Of a DNA stretch of 64,000 nucleotides, positions 19,760 through 30,492 are shown piece by piece. A program made the translations under genes and the position numbers. How positions within the stretch are numbered: position 1 is the first letter of the stretch; each line of letters begins with the position of its first letter. Below the pieces are notes generated by a model, which worked only from the letters and a program-made list of their open reading frames with translations, searched no databases and was not told where the DNA came from. The DNA is from an uncultured Bacteroidota bacterium (GTDB taxonomy: Bacteria; Bacteroidota; Ignavibacteria; UBA10030; UBA8401), in the NCBI GenBank assembly GCA_963717445.1, contig OY970334.1:901798-965797 (forward strand), given 5' to 3'.

Positions 19760-20677
19760 ATGAGGATCAGCAGTATTGACATCGGTACGAATACGATTCT
19801 CCTTCTTGTTGCCGAAATAGACAGCAACGGTATCGTGAAGGTCATTCGCGATGAACAGGTAATTGCCCGGCTCGGGATGGGAGTCGATGAACATCGTATC
19901 ATCAACCGGGAAACATTCCACCGCGTCGCCGACTACCTGCAATCATACCATAACATCTCAAGAAAACTTCAATCGGAAAAAATCATCGCTGTCGGAACGA
20001 GCGCCCTTCGAGATGCGGCAAACAAAAAAGAGTTTTGCGAGTTCATCCTTCAAAACGTGGGGATAAATATAGAAATACTCTCCGGGGACGATGAAGCGGA
20101 ATGGACATGCCGCGGAGCTGTTGCCGGGATCGACACCACGCCGCAGGGTTTTACAGTGCTCGACATCGGCGGGGGAAGCACGGAAATAATTTCCTGCATC
20201 GGCTCTCAAATCTTACATAAAGTGAGCCTCGATATCGGCTCCGTTCGGGTCACAGAGCGATTGCTGCGAACATCGCCGCCGACATTTCCGGAAATAACCG
20301 AAACACGGAAACTCATCCATAGATATTTTGAGCCCATCGATTTTCTGCGAAACGGGTTGTCCCAAGCCATCGGGGTCGCGGGCACCGTGACGACGCTTGC
20401 GGCAATGCAGCTTCAGTTGCCGCAGTACGATCCCCAAAAAATCCACGGATACGAGTTACGCTTCAATGACGTGCTGCAATCATTCGACTTGCTGAGAGGA
20501 AAAACCATCGCCGAAATCAAGTCTATTCCTCAAATCTCGGCAGGAAGAGCCGATATTATTTTGGCAGGGGTGATTATCTTGCAGGAATTTATGGACGCCG
20601 CACATCTCGAAAAAATTACGGTAAGCGATCGCGGCCTGCGGTACGGAATTGTGCTGAGGGAAATTGAACGCAGATAA
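19760..20677 (+). CDS. Ppx/GppA family exopolyphosphatase / guanosine pentaphosphate phosphohydrolase
   Basis: IDIGTNTILLLVAE, LSGDDEAEW and VLDIGGGSTE are ASKHA-fold Ppx/GppA motifs. Confidence 0.75.
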   Translation: MRISSIDIGTNTILLLVAEIDSNGIVKVIRDEQVIARLGMGVDEHRIINRETFHRVADYLQSYHNISRKLQSEKIIAVGTSALRDAANKKEFCEFILQNVGINIEILSGDDEAEWTCRGAVAGIDTTPQGFTVLDIGGGSTEIISCIGSQILHKVSLDIGSVRVTERLLRTSPPTFPEITETRKLIHRYFEPIDFLRNGLSQAIGVAGTVTTLAAMQLQLPQYDPQKIHGYELRFNDVLQSFDLLRGKTIAEIKSIPQISAGRADIILAGVIILQEFMDAAHLEKITVSDRGLRYGIVLREIERR

Positions 20678-20682
20678 ATTTT

Positions 20683-21216
20683 TTATTGAAATTCCGCCGA
20701 TACCACTCTCACTTTGCAGGACGTGCACGGAGATTCAAGACTGCCCGGCGTTATTCCTGTAAACGTATCCTGAGTTTTTCCGATCATCGGCGTAGCAACC
20801 TTGACTTGCTTCACGGCAACAATATTTCCGGTAGCATCAAAGTACGTGAACTCGAGGACCACGGACGTAAGCTTATGAACGGATTCATTATTGAGCTCCA
20901 CCGAATGTACCGGCTCCGTTCCCCCAGCGTTGCTTGTCATACTCTGGTCAAACACTGAGACCTTCTGCGATTCTTCGGCTTCAGATATTTTCGGTAACTC
21001 ACCTTGTTCAATATTCGCGATTTGCTCCATTTTCATCTGTGCCTCTTTATACAAGGGGCTTTCTTCGGGAATTTTATCGTAATAGTACTCGGCCACCTCA
21101 TACTGTTTTGCGGCAAAATATTCGTCCCCCTTTTGCAAATTACTCGGCGCCTGGTCGGCTGTACTATCGCATCCGAACAAAAGCATCGAGACAATGACGG
21201 TGAGCGCATACTTCAT
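20683..21216 (-). CDS. hypothetical lipoprotein
   Basis: MKYALTVIVSMLLFGC has a lipobox. No family was recognised. Confidence 0.45.
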   Translation of the reverse strand: MKYALTVIVSMLLFGCDSTADQAPSNLQKGDEYFAAKQYEVAEYYYDKIPEESPLYKEAQMKMEQIANIEQGELPKISEAEESQKVSVFDQSMTSNAGGTEPVHSVELNNESVHKLTSVVLEFTYFDATGNIVAVKQVKVATPMIGKTQDTFTGITPGSLESPCTSCKVRVVSAEFQ

Positions 21217-21236
21217 GTTGCCTCCTTTCAAGAACA

Positions 21237-22415
21237 TCATACCGGGGCAACCGTGCTTTGCCGCACAGCCTGCTCCAAAATATTTACGGCTTCTACTATT
21301 TCATCTTCGGTAGTATGCTTTCCCATTGAGAACCGAATACTCGACTTTGCCGTTTTGATGTCGCGGCCAATCGCTTGGAGCACGTGGGACGGTTCCATGC
21401 TGCCTGAAGAACAGGCCGATCCGCTTGTTACAGCAACGCCGTGTAAATCCATGTTGAGCAGCAACGCTTCACCATCGACGTCCGTTTTAGTGCTGTCGAA
21501 CGAAACGTTCACAATATTGGGGATGGCATCCGTCGGGTGGCCGTTAAAAAGAATGCACTCGAATCGTTCTGAGAGAAGGCGCTTCAATTCTTTTTTTAAT
21601 GTGCTGATATGGCGTGTGTTCTTTTCCATATCGCGCTGGCTCGCTTCGATTGCTTTAGCGAGGCCGACGGCGAAGGGGATGTTCTCGGTACCGGCTCTCC
21701 TGTTCCGTTCCTGAGCGCCGCCATGGATGTACGAATCGACATCAACCCCTTTTCTGATATAAATTGCACCGATACCTTTCGGGCCATAGAATTTGTGAGC
21801 TGAAATCGCGAGGATGTCCATTGAGAGCGCATCGACGTTAACCGGAATTTTCCCGACTGATTGAACGGTATCGGAGTGGAAAACAAGTCCATGGTCATGG
21901 GCAACGCGCGATATCTCTTCGACATCTTGGATTGTGCCAATTTCGTTATTAGCATGCATAACGGAAACAAGAGAAGTCCCCGGCAGGATCGCCGCACGGA
22001 CTTCATCGGGATCGACTTTTCCGAATTCGTCGACCGGGAGAATTGTAACATCAAAACCATTGCCGCCCAGATATTCGGCGCTCCGAAGAACTGCATGGTG
22101 CTCCACCGAAGAAACAATGATGTGATTCTTCCCGTGCGACCGTTTCGATGCAAACGCAGCGCCGAAAAGGGCGTGGTTATCCGCTTCCGTGCCTCCGCTG
22201 GTGAAAAAAATTTCTCCGGCCTTTGCCCCGACTGCACGCGCGATTTTTTCCCGGCTTTCTTCAAGCAGGATTTTTGTCTCCCTGCCGAATGCATGAATTG
22301 ACGATGCGTTTCCAAAATAGCGGGTGAAGTACGGCGACATTGCTTCGGTTACTTCGGGGTCAACCGGTGTCGTCGCACTATAGTCGAGATAAATTCTATG
22401 AGTCTGGCTCGTCAT
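21237..22415 (-). CDS. cysteine desulfurase (class V aminotransferase, NifS/IscS-like)
   Basis: YLDYSATTP, the SAHKFYGPKG PLP-lysine motif and C-terminal SSGSACSS are present. Confidence 0.8.
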   Translation of the reverse strand: MTSQTHRIYLDYSATTPVDPEVTEAMSPYFTRYFGNASSIHAFGRETKILLEESREKIARAVGAKAGEIFFTSGGTEADNHALFGAAFASKRSHGKNHIIVSSVEHHAVLRSAEYLGGNGFDVTILPVDEFGKVDPDEVRAAILPGTSLVSVMHANNEIGTIQDVEEISRVAHDHGLVFHSDTVQSVGKIPVNVDALSMDILAISAHKFYGPKGIGAIYIRKGVDVDSYIHGGAQERNRRAGTENIPFAVGLAKAIEASQRDMEKNTRHISTLKKELKRLLSERFECILFNGHPTDAIPNIVNVSFDSTKTDVDGEALLLNMDLHGVAVTSGSACSSGSMEPSHVLQAIGRDIKTAKSSIRFSMGKHTTEDEIVEAVNILEQAVRQSTVAPV

Positions 22416-22616
22416 CATGTAAAAATATATCAATCCCGACAGGAATAATCAACCGTGGGACTCAGTCGGTAGATGTTGGCACCTTATCTCACGTCGTTAT
22501 TCATTGAAATATCTAACGAAATGTATTGACACGGTGTCCGACATGTTTCCAAAATTATCCAATCGTGCGATCTTCACAAAAATATTGCGCGCGCTTCCTC
22601 ACATACCCCTTAACAA

Positions 22617-22658
22617 GCAAAAAGAGTGGAATCCGAATTTTGGTTCCACCCTTTTTGC
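22617..22658 (-). terminator. hairpin terminator downstream of the ECF-sigma operon
   Basis: GCAAAAAGAGTGGAATC...GGTTCCACCCTTTTTGC forms a long imperfect stem flanked by T/A runs. Confidence 0.35.
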
Positions 22659-22679
22659 TTTCACTCAAAAATTCCCGCG

Positions 22680-23168
22680 TTACCGGTCTCTCATTCGTTC
22701 GCGCTGAACATCACGAACCGCCTGCCGCAATTCCTTTGCGAAATTCCGCTCAAACACAATATATTGAGCAATCTGTTTATCGGAGAGAACTGCCTTCAAC
22801 TCCGTTAAAAAATGAACACGTTCTCCAGAGATCTTTTTATCGATACCGAGCAAGGCGTTGAACGATCGATCATACTCATCATTCCCTACGTCGGATTTGG
22901 ATTGCTCATCCAATGTGTCCACCAAATCATTGCGCTCTTTCTCAAAATCGTGCATAGCCTTCGCATGTTTGTTGTACCGTGTAATAAATTTTGCCGACTG
23001 ATCTTCATTGAGTTGTAACGATTCAAGCATGCGTACCTTCTTCCAGCTTTCAATACGGTCGTACGCAGGTTTCTGGGGGCGTTCACCATTCTCCGGCTGT
23101 GCCAGCAGTGAATTCGTCGCCGAAAACAAAACACCGAGTACTATGGTAACAACATATTTCATGGGCAC
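22680..23168 (-). CDS. periplasmic LTXXQ-motif (Spy/CpxP-like) protein
   Basis: A signal peptide is followed by a helical repeat with LNEDQ/LSDKQ motifs. Confidence 0.5.
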   Translation of the reverse strand: MPMKYVVTIVLGVLFSATNSLLAQPENGERPQKPAYDRIESWKKVRMLESLQLNEDQSAKFITRYNKHAKAMHDFEKERNDLVDTLDEQSKSDVGNDEYDRSFNALLGIDKKISGERVHFLTELKAVLSDKQIAQYIVFERNFAKELRQAVRDVQRERMRDR

Positions 23169-23180
23169 CTTCTCTAAATA

Positions 23181-23855
23181 TTATAATGATGCATCATTAA
23201 GTTTCTTAATAACTGAATCCACGTCTTCATCGGCAACATCTTCAAAAGGATGATCAGCTCCAAGAAATATCGACAGGGAATGTCCGTGTTGGAGTTGATC
23301 TTCGACAAGCTCTCGTTCAATGTGCTGCGATACCAGTCCGGGATTCGAAAGCGTCTCCATGAGCCGCTGGGAGGGTTCCATCGTCCGCGCCAGCACATTG
23401 GAGTACGACATCGATTCTGCCACACCGTCAACCTCTTCTCTGGGAAGCTCGGCAACAATCTCTTTCAACGGCAATTGCGTGGTATCGGCAATCGGGTTAC
23501 AGAGGATATATAACGCAATCATACACGACAGCACTGCACCTGCTGAAACCGGCGCAAGGCAGCGCTGCATCCATGCCGGCAACGCAAATCCTGAAAATCC
23601 AAACGCCCGTTCGGGACGCTGTTCGAGCCTCTGACGAATGCGCGGAAGAAGGTTCGTAAAGTAATGATTCGGAACTTCTTCATTGTCAACGTTGCGCAGC
23701 GATTCGAGTGCCTCGTCGATCACTTTCAGATCTTCTCCGCATCGAGCGCATGCCGCCACATGATTGTCCGCCATCTCTCGCTCTTCCGGCGAAAGCGTTC
23801 CCTCCCTCAACCCAACAAGGAAATATTGAATTTTATCGCAATCCATGTTTGACAT
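23181..23855 (-). CDS. anti-sigma factor (zf-HC2 type)
   Basis: HVAACARCGED is an HxxxCxxC motif, followed by a TM segment. The gene overlaps the sigma factor gene. Confidence 0.6.
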   Translation of the reverse strand: MSNMDCDKIQYFLVGLREGTLSPEEREMADNHVAACARCGEDLKVIDEALESLRNVDNEEVPNHYFTNLLPRIRQRLEQRPERAFGFSGFALPAWMQRCLAPVSAGAVLSCMIALYILCNPIADTTQLPLKEIVAELPREEVDGVAESMSYSNVLARTMEPSQRLMETLSNPGLVSQHIERELVEDQLQHGHSLSIFLGADHPFEDVADEDVDSVIKKLNDASL

Positions 23856-24384
23856 ATTCTCCGATCTTTTTCACAGCGTGAAAATAGTTGGCCTTTAAAC
23901 CGCCAACGCTTGTTTTCAAAATTTTGGAAATCTCTTCGTACGGTAATTCTTCGTAGTACCGTAATACGAAAACCTTTTTCTGTTTCTCCGGCAACCGCTC
24001 AATTGCTTCCTTGATCAATCTCGTCCTTTCATCGCGCTCCATCCGCTCAAGAGGCAGCATCTCGTCGGATTCATGCTGCATGATGGTATCATCAAGGGCA
24101 AACGTTTTTCGATTTTTCTTCCGTCGAATCTCATTAAGCGATAAGTTGACGGCGATTCTATACAACCACGTGTAGAAACTTGAATCGCCTTTGAATGAAT
24201 TCAAGGAACGATAGACCTTTACGAAAATGTCCTGTACAACATCGTCGGCCTCGTCGTGGTCGGGAAGCAAGCGCCGGACAACCCAGTATATTTTTTCCTG
24301 GTACCGAAGGACGAGAAGATTGAACGCTTTGTCATTCCCATTCTTAAACTCGTGAATCAGTTCAAGGTCGCTGCGTTGATCCAT
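23833..24384 (-). CDS. RNA polymerase ECF sigma factor (sigma-70 family)
   Basis: Sigma-70 regions 2 and 4 are present (IAVNLSLNEIRRKK..., EISKILKTSVGGLKANYFHAVKK). Confidence 0.8.
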   Translation of the reverse strand: MDQRSDLELIHEFKNGNDKAFNLLVLRYQEKIYWVVRRLLPDHDEADDVVQDIFVKVYRSLNSFKGDSSFYTWLYRIAVNLSLNEIRRKKNRKTFALDDTIMQHESDEMLPLERMERDERTRLIKEAIERLPEKQKKVFVLRYYEELPYEEISKILKTSVGGLKANYFHAVKKIGEYVKHGLR

Positions 24385-24545
24385 CGATTATGTCGCTGTA
24401 CTTTTTTTGACACTGAATATGTGCCAAAGTTTAAGGTAAATTCCGCTCATCTATGGTGTCTTGCACGGAAATGAGTCCATCAACGCCGTGGTCATCATTA
24501 CCGATAACGCATAAGAATTAAACACATAAAAAGCTCCGTGCCGAC

Positions 24546-26255
24546 CTAGTAAACATTATAACGAATTCCGATTAAAATGTCATATTTGCCGGCATAACTC
24601 GGATCAAGCACGTAGTCAAAGGGATTGTTCAAAAACTCATTATACCCGGGACTCACCGTATTATCCGTATACGAAGATGTCATCTGGGTGGTGAACCGTG
24701 TTACCAATGCGTGAAAATCGACAAAGAGGTCGCGCAATGGCTGATAACTTCCGACAATTCCAAAAGATTGCTGTTTGGTAACAGGGCCGTACAATAACGT
24801 CGGTTCATTTGCAGAATATTGGTAGTAGGTAGATTCTTTTCCACCTTTTCTTAACGACTGGAATTTAAGGCCGATTTCAAGATTGTACGCCGGCCGGTGG
24901 TAGGCACTCACTGTAAAGAGATCAGCGTTCTGCCCAATCCAATCACCCAGGTTGACATCCTGATTTTGATACGTGTCCTCAGCATACTGATGGTTATACA
25001 CCCACGGATTAATGCGAGTGTATTCAACGTTGATTCTTGTATCATGATAAAAAAGATCGTAGGCATTGCCGCCCACAGTAAATCCTAATTGATTGTGGTT
25101 TTGAGTAGGGCTAAGAAATTTTGTAGTCGAAAATTCATCAAAAAAAATCGGCAGGTAAAAATCAAAATCCTTCACAACGTCGAATTTAAAATTAAAATAT
25201 ATTTGAGAATTATCCTGGTTGCCCAAATAGTGCTCGGCGGTTTTGAAAAACATAATCGGAATTAAATACAATAATTCCGGACTACGGCCCGGCCCTCCAT
25301 AAATTTCCGATTCCCCGACTGCAATATTAACACCATTCCACGGTGTAGCTTCCAACATATTCGCTGCGATGTATTTATTCATATATATCGGCCGTATCCC
25401 CCAAAACTGTGTATTGTACGTCTGCGACGAATCTATGATTCCGGAAAAAAGCCATCCATGGATATAGGTGAAATCAATATCCTTGCTGAGCCTTGCATGC
25501 AATTTCAATTGTGGATATGCAGGCGCTTTGGTAGAAAGAATAATATTACCATTTTCACCCGAGCCCCAGACATTCTGCATTTGTTCCGCCGACAGTGTAA
25601 CAAATCCAAGGTCAACATTTACCTGGCCATAAAACACGTCATAATCAAAAGTGCTTGAGGACGCCCCGGGGTCGGAGATCACCGCCGCGGGTAAAGGAGA
25701 AAGAGGGCGCAGCGCCGCTTGAGACCCTGATTGAGTCCCTAATGAGCTGACATATGATCCGCCGTCGTGAGAATCGTGATAGTAGAAATAAGCGCCAACA
25801 CTGCTCCCCACATTTCCGTAAGCGAAGATGCCGTTCGTAAATTCGGAAAGGGATTTACTGTCAGCCATGTGATCGTACGAGGCCGAACCGATGAGATCAA
25901 CAATAAATCGCGACGGTTCCCCCTGATAATTATAGAGATGCCAACGTTCATCCGAGATGTTACTGTCGTTGAGCGCTTTCAACTCTTCATAAAATTCTTC
26001 CTTGTAAAATTTCAGTTGATCTTGTTCTACGGTCGTCAATTGTGCACTCAGACTATCGATGCGAATCAAAAACTTTGCAATGGATTGCCGGGAGAGTGGC
26101 TTCACCGCATCCCGATAATCCATAATGATGTGTTTAGCAGCCATGTCGTCAAGGAATTTATAGACTTCATGCGTTGCAGGCAGATACACCGTTTGAGCAG
26201 AAAGAAAAGTACGCGATACCAAAAAAAATGCTAGACAAAGAAAAATTTTTTTCAT
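24546..26255 (-). CDS. outer-membrane beta-barrel protein, capsule-assembly Wzi-like
   Basis: It has a signal peptide, an N-terminal helical YxFLDxxxxxxIIxDY region, and aromatic-rich beta-strands ending in a terminal Y. Confidence 0.45.
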   Translation of the reverse strand: MKKIFLCLAFFLVSRTFLSAQTVYLPATHEVYKFLDDMAAKHIIMDYRDAVKPLSRQSIAKFLIRIDSLSAQLTTVEQDQLKFYKEEFYEELKALNDSNISDERWHLYNYQGEPSRFIVDLIGSASYDHMADSKSLSEFTNGIFAYGNVGSSVGAYFYYHDSHDGGSYVSSLGTQSGSQAALRPLSPLPAAVISDPGASSSTFDYDVFYGQVNVDLGFVTLSAEQMQNVWGSGENGNIILSTKAPAYPQLKLHARLSKDIDFTYIHGWLFSGIIDSSQTYNTQFWGIRPIYMNKYIAANMLEATPWNGVNIAVGESEIYGGPGRSPELLYLIPIMFFKTAEHYLGNQDNSQIYFNFKFDVVKDFDFYLPIFFDEFSTTKFLSPTQNHNQLGFTVGGNAYDLFYHDTRINVEYTRINPWVYNHQYAEDTYQNQDVNLGDWIGQNADLFTVSAYHRPAYNLEIGLKFQSLRKGGKESTYYQYSANEPTLLYGPVTKQQSFGIVGSYQPLRDLFVDFHALVTRFTTQMTSSYTDNTVSPGYNEFLNNPFDYVLDPSYAGKYDILIGIRYNVY

Positions 26256-26360
26256 TAACAGCCCATCATTAATTCATAAGACATGAAGAAGAAATCAATA
26301 CGTCACACAGCAAAGCTTCGGGAAATGCTCACTAAACAAATGGTACCCGACCGGTTATCG

Positions 26361-27191
26361 CTACGAGGAAACAAATCGCTTCGTCTTGACGACATACGAT
26401 AAGAGTACAGAAATGCCCAAAATACTTGCGATAATTAAGAGGGAGATTACAAGATGAATGGTGACAACGTCCATCAGAAGCATTTTCACTCCTACATACG
26501 CAAGCACAACACCAACTCCATATTTCATGTATTCAAATTTCTGCTGGCCCTGTTCGAGCACAAAGTACATCGACCTCAAACCGAGCACGGCCATCATGTT
26601 CGAGCTGAAGACAATAAGCGGATCCGTCGTGATCGCGAAAATCGCAGGAATGGAATCAACGGCGAACACAACATCGGTCGTTTCAATGATAAGCAAGACG
26701 ACAAACAACGATGTTGCATAGAGAACACCTTTTTCACGATAAAAAAAACGCCCGTCGTTCTGCCCCTTCGATACCGGGATAAATTTTCGAAACACCTTGA
26801 GAACGATATTGTTCTCCAGCTCGATCTTTTTTTCTTCTCCAAACGTTATCCGGTAGCCCGAATAGAGAATGATGCCGCCAAAAATGTACATCACCCAATG
26901 GAACTCCTTCACGAGAGCCGTTCCAAGCAGAATCAAAAGACCCCGGAGTATCACCACCCCGATAATTCCAAAATTCAGTACCCGTCGTTGGTGAACCGGC
27001 TGGACTTTAAAATAGGTGAAGATGAGGAGAAAAACGAAAAGATTGTCGACGCTGAGGGATTTCTCGATAACGTAGCCAGTGAAAAATTCCAATGCTTTCT
27101 GTTCCCCGAAAGCGAAATAGATCCCCACATTCATCAAAAGCGAAAGCACAATCCACAAGATACTCCAGAAAATCGCCTTTCGAACGGACAT
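26361..27191 (-). CDS. TerC family integral membrane protein
   Basis: The multi-TM product shows the TerC signature (LSVDNLFVFLLIF...). Confidence 0.8.
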   Translation of the reverse strand: MSVRKAIFWSILWIVLSLLMNVGIYFAFGEQKALEFFTGYVIEKSLSVDNLFVFLLIFTYFKVQPVHQRRVLNFGIIGVVILRGLLILLGTALVKEFHWVMYIFGGIILYSGYRITFGEEKKIELENNIVLKVFRKFIPVSKGQNDGRFFYREKGVLYATSLFVVLLIIETTDVVFAVDSIPAIFAITTDPLIVFSSNMMAVLGLRSMYFVLEQGQQKFEYMKYGVGVVLAYVGVKMLLMDVVTIHLVISLLIIASILGISVLLSYVVKTKRFVSS

Positions 27192-27487
27192 GGTCGTTAT
27201 TGTGCTCTGAAAAACATTCTATACACCGGAATTTCCCATTGATGCTCTCACGCCAAAAAACCGGATTGAACATTTGGCAGCTTATCGGCTCAAAAATTAT
27301 TTCTTCACTGCTGCTATGATGACAAAGATACAAAATCTCTTTTTGAGAACAAAAATAAATAAGTATACCTGATATTCCGTGAGCTGCGTCGCATGCTCTC
27401 CCAAGCAAGACGGGAATTGGTTTCCGCATATTCATGTCGATATTGATTTGCACAGGGCAGTTTAGTATCTTGTACCTCACGTTACTC

Positions 27488-27570
27488 GCCCGAGTGGTGA
27501 AATGGCAGACACACTGTCTTCAGGAGGCAGCGCTCGCAAGGGCATGGGAGTTCAAGTCTCCCCTCGGGCA
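27488..27570 (+). tRNA. tRNA-Leu (anticodon CAG), type II with a long variable arm
   Basis: GCCCGAG ... CTGTC-TTCAGGA-GGCAG ... GGGAG-TTCAAGT-CTCCC-CTCGGGC-A forms a cloverleaf. The anticodon loop is UUCAGGA. CCA is not encoded. Confidence 0.8.
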
Positions 27571-27734
27571 CAAAGGAAAACTCACCGATGTTGATTTCTG
27601 CCTCTTTTTCCAATTTTCTTCCGTAGTAAATACACGCGGTCACCATTTGTGGAAGTTTCTATTTTTCTCCACGGGCGAAAAAACGCTTGTTGGGACTTAT
27701 AGTATCAAGATGCTATCGGAGTCGAGCGAGCCGG

Positions 27735-27768
27735 CAAAAAATCCCCCGCAGCTTTCACCACGGGGGAT
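27735..27768 (-). terminator. intrinsic terminator (minus strand) downstream of the radical-SAM gene
   Basis: An 8-bp GC stem ATCCCCCG/CGGGGGAT with a 12-nt loop is followed by TTTTTT on the minus strand. Confidence 0.5.
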
Positions 27769-27961
27769 CATACGTTGCTCCATCGCCGCACTAACTACGC
27801 GGCCGCTCGCACGATCTAACTCTCCGCGATCAAAAAATTATATTCTATCTTTGGCTGCGCCAATTCATTCTCCGCACATGCGGTATCCAGCGATCTTTTG
27901 ACTGTGCGATCTGCAATGCTCAACTGCCCGAACAGTTCGACTGCCTCTTTTGAAACAGCTT

Positions 27962-28984
27962 CTACGCAAATACTTTTAATCCCTCCGTGCAATTTTTACA
28001 GATATCAATTTCTTTTCGGGACCTCAGAATTGACGCTCTGAATTGTTGATATGGTTCGCCTTGCCATACTCCTTTGAAGGTTGAGACGGAAAGGTCTCCC
28101 AGGGTATGCTGAGCATCTTTATCGAAGCAACATGGTACAACCGCGCCATCCCAGGTGATAACGCAGCCTTTCCACAGCTTCCAGCAATGGTTGAGCAGTT
28201 TATTTTTAATGGAGTATGAGCCGTCGATATTTTTTTTGTAGCGTGAAAAATTATCTATCGTTGGAATAAGATCGCTGCCATGTTCATAATCATAAATCTG
28301 GGCCGTTTTGAACATGACCATATCAACACCGAGTTTTTTTGCCATCTGTTTCGCATCTTCTACTTGGTGCTCATTCGGCTTTACGACGAGAAATTGAAAC
28401 ACAACACAAGGGGAAGTGGATTTCAATTTCTTTTTCCACGCTATAACGTTCTGTGTTCCCGTGATAACCTTCTCGAGCGACCCTCCGACGCGGTATTGTT
28501 CATACGTTTCCTGTGTTGTTCCGTCCATGGAAACAGTCAGACGGTCCAACCCGCTTTCAACCGTCCGCCGCGCGTTATCATCATTCAAGTAATGGGCGTT
28601 CGTGCTTGTCTCGGTATAGATTTTCTTTCCGCTGGCATACTTAACCATCTCTAAAAATTTCGGGTGTAAATACGGCTCTCCTTGAAAATAGAAAATCAAA
28701 TACGAAAGAGATGGTGCAAGATCGTCAAGAATTTTTTCAAACAGATCCGTCTGCAACATTCCTGTAGGGCGTGTGAATGAACGCAATCCGCTCGGACATT
28801 CCGGACACCGCAGGTTGCATGATGTCGTGGGTTCTATGAATACGGAAATCGGCAGGCCCCATTGAACCGGCTTTTTGGAATACTTTGAAACAAAGTACGA
28901 CGAAATAACCTTAACGATATTGAAAGTCCTGCGCGGGGTAAGCTTGGAGAGGTAATGAAGCGAATCGTTCAGGAGTAAAGGCAT
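27962..28984 (-). CDS. radical SAM enzyme with a C-terminal SPASM/twitch domain
   Basis: The CNLRCPEC motif (Cx3Cx2C) is present. The C-terminal Cys-rich segment CWKLWKGCVITWDGAVVPCCFDKDAQHTLGDLS...CKNCTEG matches SPASM. Confidence 0.75.
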   Translation of the reverse strand: MPLLLNDSLHYLSKLTPRRTFNIVKVISSYFVSKYSKKPVQWGLPISVFIEPTTSCNLRCPECPSGLRSFTRPTGMLQTDLFEKILDDLAPSLSYLIFYFQGEPYLHPKFLEMVKYASGKKIYTETSTNAHYLNDDNARRTVESGLDRLTVSMDGTTQETYEQYRVGGSLEKVITGTQNVIAWKKKLKSTSPCVVFQFLVVKPNEHQVEDAKQMAKKLGVDMVMFKTAQIYDYEHGSDLIPTIDNFSRYKKNIDGSYSIKNKLLNHCWKLWKGCVITWDGAVVPCCFDKDAQHTLGDLSVSTFKGVWQGEPYQQFRASILRSRKEIDICKNCTEGLKVFA

Positions 28985-29166
28985 ATAGTTGAGATAATGC
29001 TAATGATACAAGAGCCTGGGACTTTTCTAACTTCTCTTATTCCCACAAAGGCAGGATGGATACTGGATAATGTACTTAAAACAAGTCGATTTGGCAATAT
29101 GCAGAATTGGCCCTGATTGTGCTATCGTTTAGTAAAAGGTCCATTTTTTATTACCCGATCCAGAGA

Positions 29167-30417
29167 TCACTTCCTCTCTCTGGAAAGCCGAATGGCAAAT
29201 AATCCCTTCGACTTCGTGTACACCATGGTGACAATTGCGAGCGTCATCACGCCTCCGAACAAGGTGGATGGAATGGTCCCCATCAATTTCGCAGCCACAC
29301 CGGACTCGAACCCGCCCAGCTCGTTCGACGCCGCGAGAAAGATTCCATTGACCGACATCACCCTCCCCCGCAAATCATCAGGTGTCAGCGTTTGAAGAAG
29401 TGTGTGACGAATGACGACGCTTACGCTATCGAATGCCCCGCTAAAAAAAAGCATCACGACTGAAAAAATCATCCAGGGAGAAACGGCAAATGCCACGATA
29501 CAAACTCCGAATCCTGTAACCGCTATCAACAAGTTCCGCCACGGATGTTCCATGGCGGAGACTCGGGCAAGCACCATGAGAGTCAAGACTGCCCCGAGCG
29601 AGGGAGCCCCGCGCAGAATGCCGAGCCCTTGTGAACCGACATGCAAGATATCTTGCGCATAAATAGGGAGTATCGCCATCACTCCGCCGAACATTACCGA
29701 AAACAAGTCGAGTGAAATGGAATAAAAAATTACCTTGGTCCTGTAAACGAAGCCAATCCCTTTCCTGATACTCTCGATCAAATTGATTTCTTCCCTTACC
29801 TCCGGCACCGGCCTGTCGCCAATTTTCGTGTATAAATAAAAGGCCGCACCGACAAGAGCTACGACAACAAGAAGGGTATTGGAAAATCCAATCCATGCGT
29901 ACGAGAATCCGGAAATTACCGGACCGACGACGGCCCCTATTTGCCATGCGGAACTGCTCCACGTTGCAGCGTTTTCGTAATGCTCAAAGGGTACGAGAAA
30001 CGCACGAAGGGACGTCGCAGTGGGAGACTGGAAAGCCCTGCAGAGACCGATGACAAAGATGGTCGAATAGATCGTGACGAGTAAAACACCGGAAGCGAGA
30101 GAGTCCTCCCTTCGCGAAATAAACTGAAGGACTGTTGAACAGAGCGCTATGCAAGCAACACTCCATAAAAGGATTTTTCGTTTGCTATACCGGTCCGCGA
30201 TGTGTCCGCCGAACAGCGAAAAAGAGATAAACGGAATTGCTTCCACAAGTCCGATCAACCCTAACGCAAGCGGGTCATGGGTAATCCTGTAAAGCTCGTA
30301 GCCGATAGCCACTTCTTGCATCATCAGGGCGATCGTAAGCAAGAAGGTCGAAAGAACAAGATGACGAAATTCGTAGAAGCGTAGTGCTGCGTATGGATCG
30401 TGGTGGCGGTCTGTCAT
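29167..30417 (-). CDS. MFS transporter
   Basis: It has 12 predicted TM helices and MFS-like loops. Confidence 0.75.
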   Translation of the reverse strand: MTDRHHDPYAALRFYEFRHLVLSTFLLTIALMMQEVAIGYELYRITHDPLALGLIGLVEAIPFISFSLFGGHIADRYSKRKILLWSVACIALCSTVLQFISRREDSLASGVLLVTIYSTIFVIGLCRAFQSPTATSLRAFLVPFEHYENAATWSSSAWQIGAVVGPVISGFSYAWIGFSNTLLVVVALVGAAFYLYTKIGDRPVPEVREEINLIESIRKGIGFVYRTKVIFYSISLDLFSVMFGGVMAILPIYAQDILHVGSQGLGILRGAPSLGAVLTLMVLARVSAMEHPWRNLLIAVTGFGVCIVAFAVSPWMIFSVVMLFFSGAFDSVSVVIRHTLLQTLTPDDLRGRVMSVNGIFLAASNELGGFESGVAAKLMGTIPSTLFGGVMTLAIVTMVYTKSKGLFAIRLSRERK

Positions 30418-30492
30418 CTCCTCGTTGCGTATATTACTTCTTTTGATATCCTGAGAAAACCCGGGTACATGCGGCAGGAAAAATAGCTGGCA

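Noticed and set aside
27434-27901. 155-aa ORF overlapping tRNA-Leu
   Set aside because: It spans the tRNA gene and a terminator hairpin. The tRNA cloverleaf is unambiguous.
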